From: Octopus vulgaris
Taxonomy: Eukaryota
Direction of reading: 5' to 3'
DNA: 64,000 bases
Assembly: GCA_951406725.2 (NCBI GenBank)
Contig: OX597814.1
Coordinates: 204,724,001 to 204,788,000 of the forward strand
Shown here: positions 53,219 through 64,000 of the stretch, one piece after another
Layout: each line of letters starts with the position of its first letter
Numbering within the stretch: the stretch's first letter is position 1
Position numbers and translations under genes: made by a program
Notes under the pieces: model-generated
Told to the model about the DNA's origin: nothing
The model's database searches: none
The model's input: the letters and a program-made list of their open reading frames with translations, nothing else

Positions 53219-53374
53219 TAATATCCCTTTGCAGTTACATTCAGTTTGCTCCTAATTGATCTTTCCTCCTATCTTTTGTACCAGAGCAGGAAGATGATGA
53301 CTAGGCTTACCCTCTTGTGCAGTAAGCCAACTGCTGGGTGAGATATTTTCACCATTATCAGTTCCAACATCATT

Positions 53375-53779
53375 CATGCTAAAGTGATAGCATGTTGTCA
53401 ACTTAATGTGATAGTCCCATGAAAGGGAAGACTGCTACTGTCATTTAGCCCTAGGAAACTCCGTTTCCTGTTGGACTTGACACATTTCCTGTGTCGTTAT
53501 ATTTCACTTGAAACATATATGTTTTCAAAGGCGGATGGGCATCGACAGCTACCAACCCATGTTACTCCAGACTGATGATGAGCAATGACTCTGAAACTAG
53601 TCTCTGGATGCTGGTTCTGCTGGGTGGAGGTGCTTGTCTCCCCCTTTGAAAACATAAGGACACAGGAAATGTATCAAGTCCAACAGGAAACAGTGTCTCC
53701 TAGGGCTAAATAACAGTAGTATTCTTCCCTTTCATGGGACTGGCACATTAAGTTGACAGCATGCTATCACTTTATCGTG
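53375..53779. mobile_element. ~405-bp foldback element with a central hammerhead ribozyme
   Basis: Arms catgctaaagtgatagcatg...ttcctgtgtc and gacacaggaa...catgctatcactttatcgtg are reverse complements; a partial extra arm copy lies at 53901-53978. Confidence 0.88.
53566..53608 (+). ncRNA. Minimal type I hammerhead ribozyme motif, GUC cleavage triplet
   Basis: UCCAGA-CUGAUGA-UGAG-caauga-CUCU-GAAAC-UA-GUC-UCUGGA: 6-bp stem I, intact core, palindromic stem III (ACUAGU). Confidence 0.85.
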
Positions 53780-54284
53780 CTGCTACTGCATAAATCTCTC
53801 TGAGGGATTTAGAAATATGTTATTTCTATCGTTCATGCTGTTGTTCAATACATTTGCGTTTGACATTTTCAGTTATTGAGAAGTTTGTGGTGATGATGGT
53901 GGAAATGTGTCAAGTCCAACAGGGAACGATGTTTCCTAGGGCTAAATGACAGTAGCAGTCTTCCCTTTCATGGGACTGTAACCACTGGTGCTTTTATTGA
54001 AACACCATCTCTAGTGGGATTGTTGATCAAGCTTAAAGAGCCTGCCCCCACACACTCCACCACGAGGCAGACTTAACCCTGCCAGATGCCAGCCTGATAT
54101 TTCATGGTATCAGGGTGGCCTAACAGGTGCCAACCTAAAGGTGACCTGAAGGTAGTTATGGTTAAGTGTAATCTCATTATTCCCATGTTGAGACTCCACA
54201 ACTGGATGCAGTCTAACATCATATTCATACAACACATTATTATTATTAGTATTATTATTATTTGCTTATACTGTTGTTGCTGCT

Positions 54285-54660
54285 GATGTTGATGTTGATG
54301 TTGAGTGAATCGGTCTTCTGTAGTGGGAGAAGTCCGAAACGTGGTCCTTTGCTATTCGTAAGACCCGCAGAAGAGAAAGCAGGTCAACCCCCGACACCGA
54401 GAGCATCGACGGATGGATGAATACACATCCAGGCTCACCGGTTGCATAGGAAGTCGGGGACAAGAAACAGGAAGAAAGAGTGAGAGAAAGTTGGAGTGAA
54501 AGAATACAACAGGGGTCGCCACCTCACCCCCCTGCCGGAGCCTCGTGGAGCTTTAGGTGTTTTCGCTCAATAAACACACACAATGCCCGGCCTGGGAATC
54601 GAAACCGCAACCCTCCGACCGTGAGTCCGCTGCCCTAAAAACTGGGCCATTGCGCCTCCT
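54285..54660 (-). mobile_element. tRNA-derived SINE, family C, long tail
   Basis: Reverse complement of 58989-59380. Confidence 0.88.
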
Positions 54661-55029
54661 GCTATTGCTGTTGTTTTTGTTTTTGTCCTGGTAGTAGCTG
54701 CTCTCTCTATTCACGTGGCTTATCTGTCCTTGCCATTGTTGTTATTATTAGAGTTGCCGTTGTTGTTGTTGTTCTTGTCTTTGAGGTCAGAGAAAAAGGG
54801 ATTGGCAGCTTTCAGCCAGCTAAGAAAGTTGTATTAATTTAAAAATCTGATCTCTTGAGAACAAGGATTGTAAGAAAGGCCCTCAATATCTAAGGAAGCT
54901 GGTTGTGGCTCAGTATCAAGGACACTGTTTCCGATTGTAGAACGTTTGTGCACATCATGAATAATAACGATGCCACTGCCACCACCGCCGCCACCACAGC
55001 CGCTGATGATAACAACAACAACAACAACA

Positions 55030-55545
55030 ATGATAATCCTTTCTATTATAGGCACAAGGTCTGAAATTTGTGTATATGAGGTGGGGTGTGGCTAGTCAAT
55101 TACATCGACCCTAGTGCTCAACTTGTACTTGTTTCAATGATTCCAAAATGATGAAAGGTGGAGGCACATGGCCTAGTGGTTAGAGCAGCGGACTCATGGT
55201 CGAGGGATCACGGGTTCGAATCTCAGACCGGGCGATGTTTGTGTTTATGAGTGAAAACACCTAAGCTCCACGCGGCTCTGGCAGAAGGTAATGGTGAACT
55301 TCTGCTGACTCTTTCGCCACAACTTTCTCTCACTCTTTCCTCCTGCATCTTGCAGCTCACCTGCGACGGACCGGTGTCCCGTCCAGGTGGGAAACCTATA
55401 CACCAATGAAACCGGGAAACCGGCACTCATGAGCCAGGCATGGCTCAAGAAGGAACAACAAAACAAAAAATGATAAAAGGTAAAGTTGATCTTAGTGATA
55501 TTTGAACACAACATAAAATTCAGGAAAAACGCCATTAAGCATTTT
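55030..55545. mobile_element. Minus-strand Nin SINE interrupted by a + strand family C SINE (55160-55470)
   Basis: ggaggcacaTGGCCTAGTGG...GGTTCGAATC inserted between aaaatgatgaaagg / aaaatgataaaagg (TSD-like). Confidence 0.8.
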
Positions 55546-56152
55546 GTAATAAGCTTATCGCAGCTTAATACATTCAGTGCTCAGGTGCACCACACTTTCT
55601 TTATTATTCTCCCTCATTATGTGCACTGTTTATGGCAGAAGTGATCATGTGTCCCTATGCCAAAGTCTCAGGAATCATATATTTATTACTCTCACTCCTT
55701 TCCTTTCATGAGCTTCTGTAAAAGAGATTGCATCAGAGCTGCATCTATTAATTACCATCTGCAATCACACTTACTCTCCTAATATCGTCATCTATCACTG
55801 TCCTAACAGTTAATTAACTGCATTGATAAATGGTTATAAATTAACTGTTGACAAGCACGCATGCACACATACACATACACACATTCTTACATTCACAGAA
55901 ACACATACATAAACACTGACCTGAAGTGACAGAGTCATTCATATTTTATGCAAACTCCAGGATATTAATGAGAAGCGTGTTGTAGACTGCATGGTGGCAG
56001 AATCCTGGAATTATTTTGCAACCATCAAATATGAAATATTTTAATCTGTGTAATTCTGCAGTCATTTTATGCATGCTTACATGTTTGCACACTTGCATGT
56101 GAGCATGTGTTCATACACAGGTATACAAACATACATACATACATACATACTA

Positions 56153-56683
56153 CTAGATCAACATTTGGCAGGCTCTCCTCCTCCCATTCATTCTCCACGT
56201 TCACCAGTCTTTCATAATGGCTTCTCCAAGCCTCTTTCTTTTCCGAATCATTAAAAGCAAGTGCACCATCATCCATGCAGACACATTTCTCTCCTGTGAC
56301 ATCACAATTTTCTCTCACACACTGCCTTGCAATCCAGAATACTTCAGTTCTTTGATCCTCACGTAGCTGGACATTGGCAGACTTCTTTTCTGCTTCTCCC
56401 TTGGCTATGTATACCTGTCGCCCTGCCTCCCTTTTGGCTACCTGGTACGGTTCCCTGCTAGCCCACCCTTCCAGACTTTCCAAGCCTGTTTCTTTGCTCT
56501 GATGGCTTTGTCTACCGTATTATTCCACTGCCACGTTACTCTAGGTGTGGAAGGGACTTCACACCATCCATAGACTTGGTCTGTGGCACTCAGTAAGCTG
56601 TCCTGCCTTCTATGTCCAAAGACTGTAGTTCCTCCTGCCTCTCATCAAATTTCTTGATGAGGATGTCCCTAAATCTCTGACCA
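56153..56683 (-). mobile_element. RTE LINE ORF fragment (endonuclease-RT linker)
   Basis: PYQVAKREAGRQVYIAKGEAEKK...ARQCVRENCDVTGEKCV...DG.L...EKKEAWRSHYERLVNVENEW. Confidence 0.85.
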
Positions 56684-56791
56684 TGATGTATGTATGTATC
56701 TCTAAGAATGGCATGTTATATAAAACTGCCAAATTATTGTATTTCTAAAGCATGGAAGTATTGGTAGCTCTTTTGTAAATTGTGTATGTCA

Positions 56792-57210
56792 TAAATATAA
56801 TGCTGTGCTTGAGCAGACCTATTGAGTCAAGTACATCAACATCAAAATCAAAATCAAATGGAAACTGTAGTTGTGACACCTGTGCCGGTGGCATGTTAAA
56901 AGCACCATCCGAACGTGGCCGATGCCAGTGCTGCCTTGATTGGCTTCCATGCCGGAGGCACATAAATAGCACCAACTGATCGTGGCCGTTGCCAGCCTCC
57001 TCTGGCCTCTGTGCCGGTGCACGTAAAAAGCACTCACTATATTCATGGAGTGGTTGGTGTTAGGAAGGGCATCCAGCTGTAGAAACATTGCCAGATCAGA
57101 CTGGAGCCTGGTGCAGCCTCCTGGCTTCCCAGGCCCCAGTCGAACTGCCCAACCCATGCTAGCATGGAAAACGGACGTTAAACGACGATGATGATGATAA
57201 TGATGATAAT
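56792..57210 (+). mobile_element. RTE-derived 3'-end repeat with (GAT)n tail
   Basis: Same family as 3160-3471. Confidence 0.87.
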
Positions 57211-57546
57211 GGGTGATGTGTTGTGTTCTTGAGCAGAATCCATTATGTCACTTTGCTCTGTGATCCCTTTGACCCCTAACACATGGTACCCCATGCACCC
57301 ATTCAGGCAATGTCAATTGGATGGAGGGAGTGAGCTAACGTACAGCCCATACATTGGATCACCATAAACAAATCATCTGTGCAGGTTTTGTTCAGCTAAA
57401 GCTGAATATCCACATGTTGTCTTTGATGGGAGAGTCCATTATAATATGTGTGTGTGTGTGTGTGCTTGTGTGTGTGTGTATACATACACAGACATGTAAG
57501 TGTACGTACTTATATTTGTCAATAGTGGATGAAAAGTATATACATA

Positions 57547-57930
57547 CTAGCAGTATCGCCCGGCGTTGCTCGGGTTTGTAAGGGAAATAACTATAAAGCA
57601 TTTTTAGAGAGTTATAGCCAAAAAATAGCAAAAAATGGAAAAAAAACGATGGTAAATTTTTTTTAAATCGTTGACTCATCGTAGACATTTTTAGTGTGTT
57701 ACTTCCCTTATATAATAGCGAAAAAATGCATTAAAATGGAAAAAAATGATGGTAAATTATTTTAAAAATCGTAGACTCATCGTAGACGCGCGCTAATACC
57801 CAGAAGGGCTCGATATGAATCACGACTATAAGATACCCGGTTTTGGTAAAACTGCACCGCAAAATGTGGGAGGAGTTAGGAATCTAAATCGTAGGAGACA
57901 GACACACAACCTCTCTTTTATATATAAAGA
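57547..57930 (-). mobile_element. Non-autonomous Helitron with internal ~120-bp duplication
   Basis: a|ctagcagtatcgcccggcgttgctcggg...ttttatatataaaga|t; same terminus as 4533-4921. Confidence 0.82.
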
Positions 57931-58134
57931 TTTACAAATACACATGCACACACTTATGCACTCATATATACTCACACACACACACACACACACACACAAA
58001 TTAAACACAATGATGTCTGTTCATTTCCTGTTAACCTTGGATGTAGTCTACTTCCTGTCATTCAAACTCAGCTCCTGGAAGATCAATTGTTTTTAATGTT
58101 TTATATATACATAAACACAAATTGTGTGTGTGTA

Positions 58135-58207
<73 letters not shown>

Positions 58208-58288
58208 GTCTATCTATCTATCTGTCTATCTATATGTATGTATATATGTGTAAGTATGCATATGTATATATGTGTGTGTATGTGTATG

Positions 58289-58465
58289 CAGTGGCGGACT
58301 GGCGAGGTTGCCAGCTTGCCTGATGGCAAGTGTGCCCCTGTGCCATTAGAATCCATATATGGCAATCCATGTTAGTATCTAAGGGGCCCATCGACAAAAA
58401 AAAGAAAAAATGATAGCATTGTAGTTGTGGGTGGGCCCGATATTTTTAGACCCAGTCCACCACTG
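58289..58465. mobile_element. hAT-like MITE
   Basis: TIRs cagtggcggactgg / ccagtccaccactg; imperfect 8-bp TSD tgtgtatg / tgtgggtg. Confidence 0.7.
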
Positions 58466-58485
58466 TGTGGGTGTATATCTCTCTC

Positions 58486-58522
<37 letters not shown>

Positions 58523-58552
58523 ATATATATATATATTATATATACTTACATG

Positions 58553-58584
<32 letters not shown>

Positions 58585-58988
58585 CTTACATGTATATGTA
58601 TATAGTGTATCATATGTGTACAAATAGATTTACGATTGGTACTGTTAAGTTTAGAACTCCACCCAGATTATCATAGTCCAGTCTGCTTCTAGTGAAGTGG
58701 TTGAGCAACTATTATACTTTGTAATGTTACTAGTTATGAAATACAGAGCAAATGCAGGAGAAATTATAATAAACACAAGTTTATATCATTTGTTTTTATT
58801 TGCCTGTTAACTTTTTGCTTCTCTTTTCTTTTTCTCTCATGATTTCTCTTGCACCAGAGTCCTGTTTTCCAAAATGAATAAACTATGGGCTCAGCACCTC
58901 AAGATTGCTTGGAGACACAAGGCATGTTATACAAACACACCAAAACATGAAGCTATTAACAGCTTGTATTTTTATTCAGCATCATCAG

Positions 58989-59380
58989 TGGAGGCGCAAT
59001 GGCCCAGTGGTTAGGGCAGCCGACTCTACGGTCGGAGGATTGCGGTTTCGATTCCCAGACCAGGCATTGTGTGTGTTTATTGAGCGAAAACACCTAAAGC
59101 TCCACAAGGCTCCAGCAGGGGGGTAGTGGCGACCCCTGTTGTACTCTTTCGCTCCAACTTTCTCTCACTCTTTCTTCCTGTTTCTTGTCCCCGACTTCCT
59201 ACGCAACCGCTGAGCCTGGATGCGCATTCATTCATCCATCGATGCTCTCAGTGTCGGGGGTTGACCTGCTTTCTCTTCTGCAGGTCTTACGAATAGCAAA
59301 GGACCACGTTTCGGACTTCTCCCATCTTGCGAGCTCTGGGATGAAGACCGCTTCGCTCAACAGCAACAGCATCATCATCA
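58989..59380 (+). mobile_element. tRNA-derived SINE, family C
   Basis: A/B boxes TGGCCCAGTGG / GTTTCGATTCC; tail cgctcaacagcaacagc. Confidence 0.88.
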
Positions 59381-59764
59381 TCTAACATCTGTTTTCCATG
59401 TTGGCATGGGATTGGATGGCTTGACAAGAACTAGCAAGACCAGGGGCCGCAACAGGTTTCATAGTCTGTTTTGGTTTGGTTTCTATGGCTGGATGCCCTT
59501 ATGCCAACCACTTTACAAGAGCATACTAGGAGCTTTTTTACACAGCACTATCATCAGTGCTTGTGATATGTGTGTATGTGTGTGTGTGTGTGCGTGCGTG
59601 CATGTGTGTGTGTATGTGTGTGTGCGTGCATGTGTGTGTGTGTATGTGTGCGTGCGTGCGTGTGCATGTATGTGTGTGTGCATGCGTGTGTGTGTATGTG
59701 TGTGTGTGTGTATGTGTGTGTGTGCGTGCATGTGTGTGTGTGTGTATGTGTGTGTGTGTGTGTG

Positions 59765-60566
59765 TGGCTGTGTGGTAAGAAGCTTACTTCTCAACCACAT
59801 GGTTCCGGGTTCAGCCCCACTGCATGGCATCTTCAGCAGGTGTCTTCTACTACAGCCTTGGGCCGACCAAAGCTTTGTAAATGGATTTGTAGACGGAAAC
59901 TAAAAGAATCCCGTCGTCTGTATGTATATATTTATGTGTGTGTGTTTGTGCCTGTGTTTGTCTCCCACCCCCACCATTGCTCGACAACCAATGCTGGTGT
60001 GTTTACATCCCTGTAACTTAGCAGTCTGGCAAATAGGAACCTATAGAATAAGCACCAGGCTTACAAAGAATAAGTGCAGAGGTTGATTTCTTCAACTAAA
60101 AAGTGGTGCTCCAGCATGGCTGAAGTCAAATGACTGAAACAAGTAAAAGAATAAAAGAATATATATATATAGGTGCAGGAGTGGCTGTGTGGTAAGTAGC
60201 TTTCTTACCAGCCACATGGTTCCGGGTTCAGTCCCACTGAGTGGCACCTTGGGCAAGTATCTTCTACTATAGCCTCGGGCCGACCAAAGCCTTGTGAGTG
60301 GATTTGGTAGACGGAAACTGAAAGAAGCCCATCATATATATGTATATGTATATATGTGTGTGCATGTGTGTTTGTCCCCCCAACATCGTTTGACAACCGA
60401 TGCTGGTGTGTTTATGTCCCCGTAACTTAGCGGTTCGGCAAAAGGGAGCGGTAGAATAAGTACTAGGCTTACTAAGAATAAGTCCTGGGTCTGTTTGCTC
60501 GACTAAAGGTGGTGCTCCAGCATGGCTGCAGTCAAATGACTGAAACAAGTAAAAGAGTAAAAGAGT
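59765..60566 (+). mobile_element. Two tandem family A SINEs (59765-60160, 60178-60566)
   Basis: Two complete head-microsatellite-tail units. Confidence 0.9.
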
Positions 60567-60603
60567 ATATTCATTTATATTTTATTTCTTTGTTTCAATG
60601 TAT

Positions 60604-60635
<32 letters not shown>

Positions 60636-60712
60636 TAAGCAGATATTAAATGATGAAGATGAGGACATATATAGTGAAACAATAGGATATATAGTGAGGA
60701 TATATAGGGAAA

Positions 60713-60940
60713 AGGCGGCGAGCTGGCAGAATCGTTAGCCCGCCGGTCGAAATGCTTAGCAGTATTTCGTCTGCCGCTACGTTCTGAGTTCAAATTCCGC
60801 CAAGGTGACTTTGCCTTTCATCCTTTCGGGGTCGATAAATTAAGTACCAGTTATGCACTGGGGTCGATGTAATCGACTAAATCCGTTTGTCTCTCCTTGT
60901 CCCCTCTACGTTTAGCCCCTTGTGGGTAGTAAAGAAACAG
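60713..60940 (+). mobile_element. Nin/Deu-domain SINE, single-body form
   Basis: Monomer of the 12914 element; TSD-like gatatatagggaaa / gatatacagtgaaa. Confidence 0.9.
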
Positions 60941-61539
60941 ATATACAGTGAAACAAAATAATAAAGTAAAAATGAATAAAAAAATAAGTAAATACAGCCA
61001 AGACATAGAGAAAGAGGAAGAGAGAAAGAGAACACATGAAAGAGGGTGGGGGGGGGAGTAAGAGGTTATATAAAAAAAGGAGTGTTTCCAACTGGATAGT
61101 CTGTTAAGACATGGATTGAAACCAACAGAAAATGGAAAAGGAATATCAGCCTAAATATACGTAGATACAAGAATATGGATAGGTCATGACCTTTCGGACC
61201 TTAAGTGTCCAAAGGTGAATTTGTTTATTTCAAGTATGTCCCTTCATTTCTCTTTCTCTTTCTCTGCCCTTTGCTTTCTTTCCGTTCCCCATTTAATCAC
61301 CTCAAGGCTTTTAGTTCTCTCTGTAACGTAATGCAATAAAGTGTTCCCTGGATGATCTGTTGTGGTTGAGCATCCAATGCAGACTTCCAAACAAGCACAA
61401 TGTCAGGACAAATGATACAAACACTTGTGTGCATGTGTGTGTGTGTCTGCGTATGTGTTTGTGTGTATGTGTGTGTGTCTGTGTATATGTATGTGTATAT
61501 ATATCTATGTCTAGCTATTTACCTACCTATATATATATA

Positions 61540-61875
61540 TCATCATCATCATCATTGTTTAACATCCGCCTTCCATGCTAGCATGGGTTGGACGATTTGA
61601 CTGAGGGCTGGCGAACCAGATGGCTGCACCAGGCTCCAATCTTGATCTGGCAGAGTTTCTACAGCTGGATGCCCTTCCTAACGCCAACCACTCCGAGAGT
61701 GTAGTGGGTGCTTTTACGTGCCACTGGCATGGGGGCCAGTCAGGCGGTACTGGCAATGACCTCACTCGAATGGTGCCGTTTACATGCCACCGGCACAGAA
61801 GCCAGTTAGCCACTCTGGCAACGATTATGCTTGGATGGTGTTCTTAGCACCCTACTAGCACAGGGCTCAAGTGCC

Positions 61876-61878
<3 letters not shown>
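61540..61878 (-). mobile_element. RTE-derived 3'-end repeat
   Basis: (cat)n then tttaacatccgccttccatgctagc... Confidence 0.87.
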
Positions 61879-61911
<33 letters not shown>

Positions 61912-61915
<4 letters not shown>

Positions 61916-62140
61916 ATAAATATTAGGGAATAAATCCAAATTTACAGGGAAAAAAATCAGATTTAGGATTAAATCCAATTTTATAGTAAAATATTATATA
62001 ATATTAATTAGAGACAAAACCACTATTTTGCAAAACAAACAAGGAAAGACTTAATCAATACGTACAATTTTATGTATTGATTAAGTCTTTCCTTGTTTGT
62101 TTTGCAAAATAGTGGTTTTGTCTCTAATTAATATTATATA
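61912..62140. mobile_element. Penelope-type end with a 146-bp palindrome (61995-62140)
   Basis: tatataatattaattagagacaaaacc...aatacgta / tatgtatt...ggttttgtctctaattaatattatata, between (TA)n runs. Confidence 0.65.
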
Positions 62141-62314
62141 TATATATATATACATACATACATATGAGAGAGGGATGACCACTATGTGGACAACCCTTAT
62201 GCTAGAAGTAGATCTGCTATGGTCTTACCACTAAGAAATGTTCTCAAGAAAAATTTAGCAAACACAAGAACATAAGCGAGCAAGACAAATGAAAAGTAAT
62301 AAAATACAGATTAT

Positions 62315-62386
62315 TCACATACATGTTTCACTATTAATAGATTACGTAATTTTACTTATGCAATTGTCCATAGATCTTCAGTGTGA
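62315..62386 (-). ncRNA. Hammerhead motif with long stem II loop in a Penelope-type terminal repeat (62165-62420)
   Basis: UCACA-CUGAAGA-UCUAU...AUAGU-GAAAC-AU-GUA-UGUGA; flanks are homologous to the 37411 palindrome arm (gagag..gaccactat...aaaatacagattatt). Confidence 0.72.
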
Positions 62387-63884
62387 CTGTCCATACAAAT
62401 ATAATTTGCAGAACTATATATGGAGACATCTGCACATAATATCCCTCTCTCTGAATTTTTGTTAAAGAATTTATGACATCTATATGATCAAGGGAAGTAC
62501 AAATGTATGAGTCCTAGGAAATATTTTTACTTTATTAGAAATGATTTTCCTTTTTTTTATTTACATTTGAGTGATTGTTATTCATGTTTTAAAATTTTAC
62601 CTTGCTGCGAAATTTTACATCCCTAGAAAAGATTACATTTTATTACACAGAATGTCTGAGCTAGTCTCAAAATGCTGACATGAAGAGCAATACTTCTTGA
62701 AACAGTTTCAACTATACATGGGCATCATTAATAAAAAAAAAAACAAAAAACAAAAACAAAATTCTTTTATGACATAGATTTATATCAACATTTCACAAAA
62801 TTTATCTCATAAAACTTATAACAAACTTTTAATACTATCATGATACGATTTACAGTCTTTGAATCCATTCTTTACAAAACACTTGTAATAACAAGTGTTT
62901 TTGATGTTGCTACTTAGGTATTTTGAAACCATAGCAGAATGATTAAATAACTTTTTTCCCATATACCATAGCTTTCTATTGCAGTTAATGTTGGGGGAGA
63001 TATTTGTAAGTTTTTAGGTTTAAAATAATATGCAGGAAAGTAATAATCCTAATATTAGTATTTACTGAGATTTTTAGATTAAATTCTCAAAAGTTTTTTT
63101 TTTACTGATTAGAGAGGTGTGATATGATCCGATCATCGTCTCTCTATAGGCCTGAACAATTGTACTAGATTATCGTGTCTCTACATGCCAAAACAATTGT
63201 ATCCCAAACTAGATATTTATAGATAACAATCACATCCGAAAATAAAGCATTATTATGGCTGTCAGTTATCTTTTGTTGAATTCACTGGCTGCCTTTGGTG
63301 TTTAGCTACGAGTTAATGTACAAGTTTTATTCCTAAAAAAAAAAGTTTTGTTATTTTATATTTATTTCACACAAGCCTGACGCCTACCCAACTTGTGTCC
63401 ATGTGATTCTTTCTTACAAACACTACAGCAGCAGATTTCGTAGAGTTTCCTTCTTTCACTGCTGGTAAGTAACTACCTTCTCTGTGGATTCCTTACACAC
63501 ACAAAATTGGTCAAAACCATTTCCACGTGTCAAAGTTTTCTGTAACTCCCCCAGCTCTAACGACAAAGCTATAAAGCTGACCGCAGAATTTTGTCAGTTA
63601 TTTTCATTTTTGCTTTGAATAAATTATAACGAAAACTTGTTTCAGACTGGGAGACAACAATGTTTGTAAAACTGCAGACTATAGTAACAAGCTATTAGGT
63701 TACATTACAGTTTACTTGGAAGTACTTTAATTTTAAAGCTATTTTATTTTAGTGTTTTATCGTAAAAAATTATCTAAGCTCTATTCTTTATAATACTTAA
63801 CAATTGTAATAAAAACTGTGAAATTTTTGTAAAAAAAAAAGCAGTTTTATTTTGTTGTCTCATGAAATCTGGTTATTTTATCAG

Positions 63885-63945
63885 GAGGAGACTGTTTTCG
63901 TTATCACCGTCTGTGGCGGATATTCGTTAATCAGGTGTGGTAAAG
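63885..63945 (+). other. Candidate exon of an unidentified downstream gene (probably 5' UTR)
   Basis: ttattttatcag| ... aag|gtaagt in TE-free, CpG-retaining DNA; another strong donor ctg|gtaagt near 63465. No recognisable protein. Confidence 0.35.
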
Positions 63946-64000
63946 GTAAGTGAACGGGATTGTTATTTATACTTGATTTCCAGTTGACAGATAACGGTCA

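Overview
Eukaryotic, AT-rich, repeat-saturated DNA. The tRNA-derived SINE families, (GAT)n-tailed RTE 3' ends, CR1 tails and abundant microsatellites point to a coleoid cephalopod, most likely Octopus (inferred from recalled repeat families; no search was run). The only confident host gene is the 3' half of MAF1 (repressor of RNA polymerase III): four + strand coding exons (717-841, 2155-2274, 6115-6186, 7462-7480) splice in frame to a stop and are followed by a long, repeat-poor putative 3' UTR. The rest is mostly transposon debris: SINEs, RTE/CR1/Tx1/Penelope fragments, two mariner copies, Tc1-like fragments, four non-autonomous Helitrons, and piggyBac-, hAT- and Tc1/mariner-type MITEs. Possible non-coding exons of another gene lie at the far right. 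Almost all supplied ORFs are microsatellite or SINE artefacts. The most notable signal is a set of minimal (Penelope-type) hammerhead ribozyme motifs, about one per 10 kb, in unusual settings: (i) a tRNA-headed Pol III SINE whose 3' part carries a hammerhead (14297-14582), (ii) a ~405-bp rod-like foldback with an intact hammerhead at its apex (53375-53779), and (iii) a ~630-bp palindrome with a hammerhead-like motif in each arm (23853-24481). Repeat boundaries were read by eye and are approximate.
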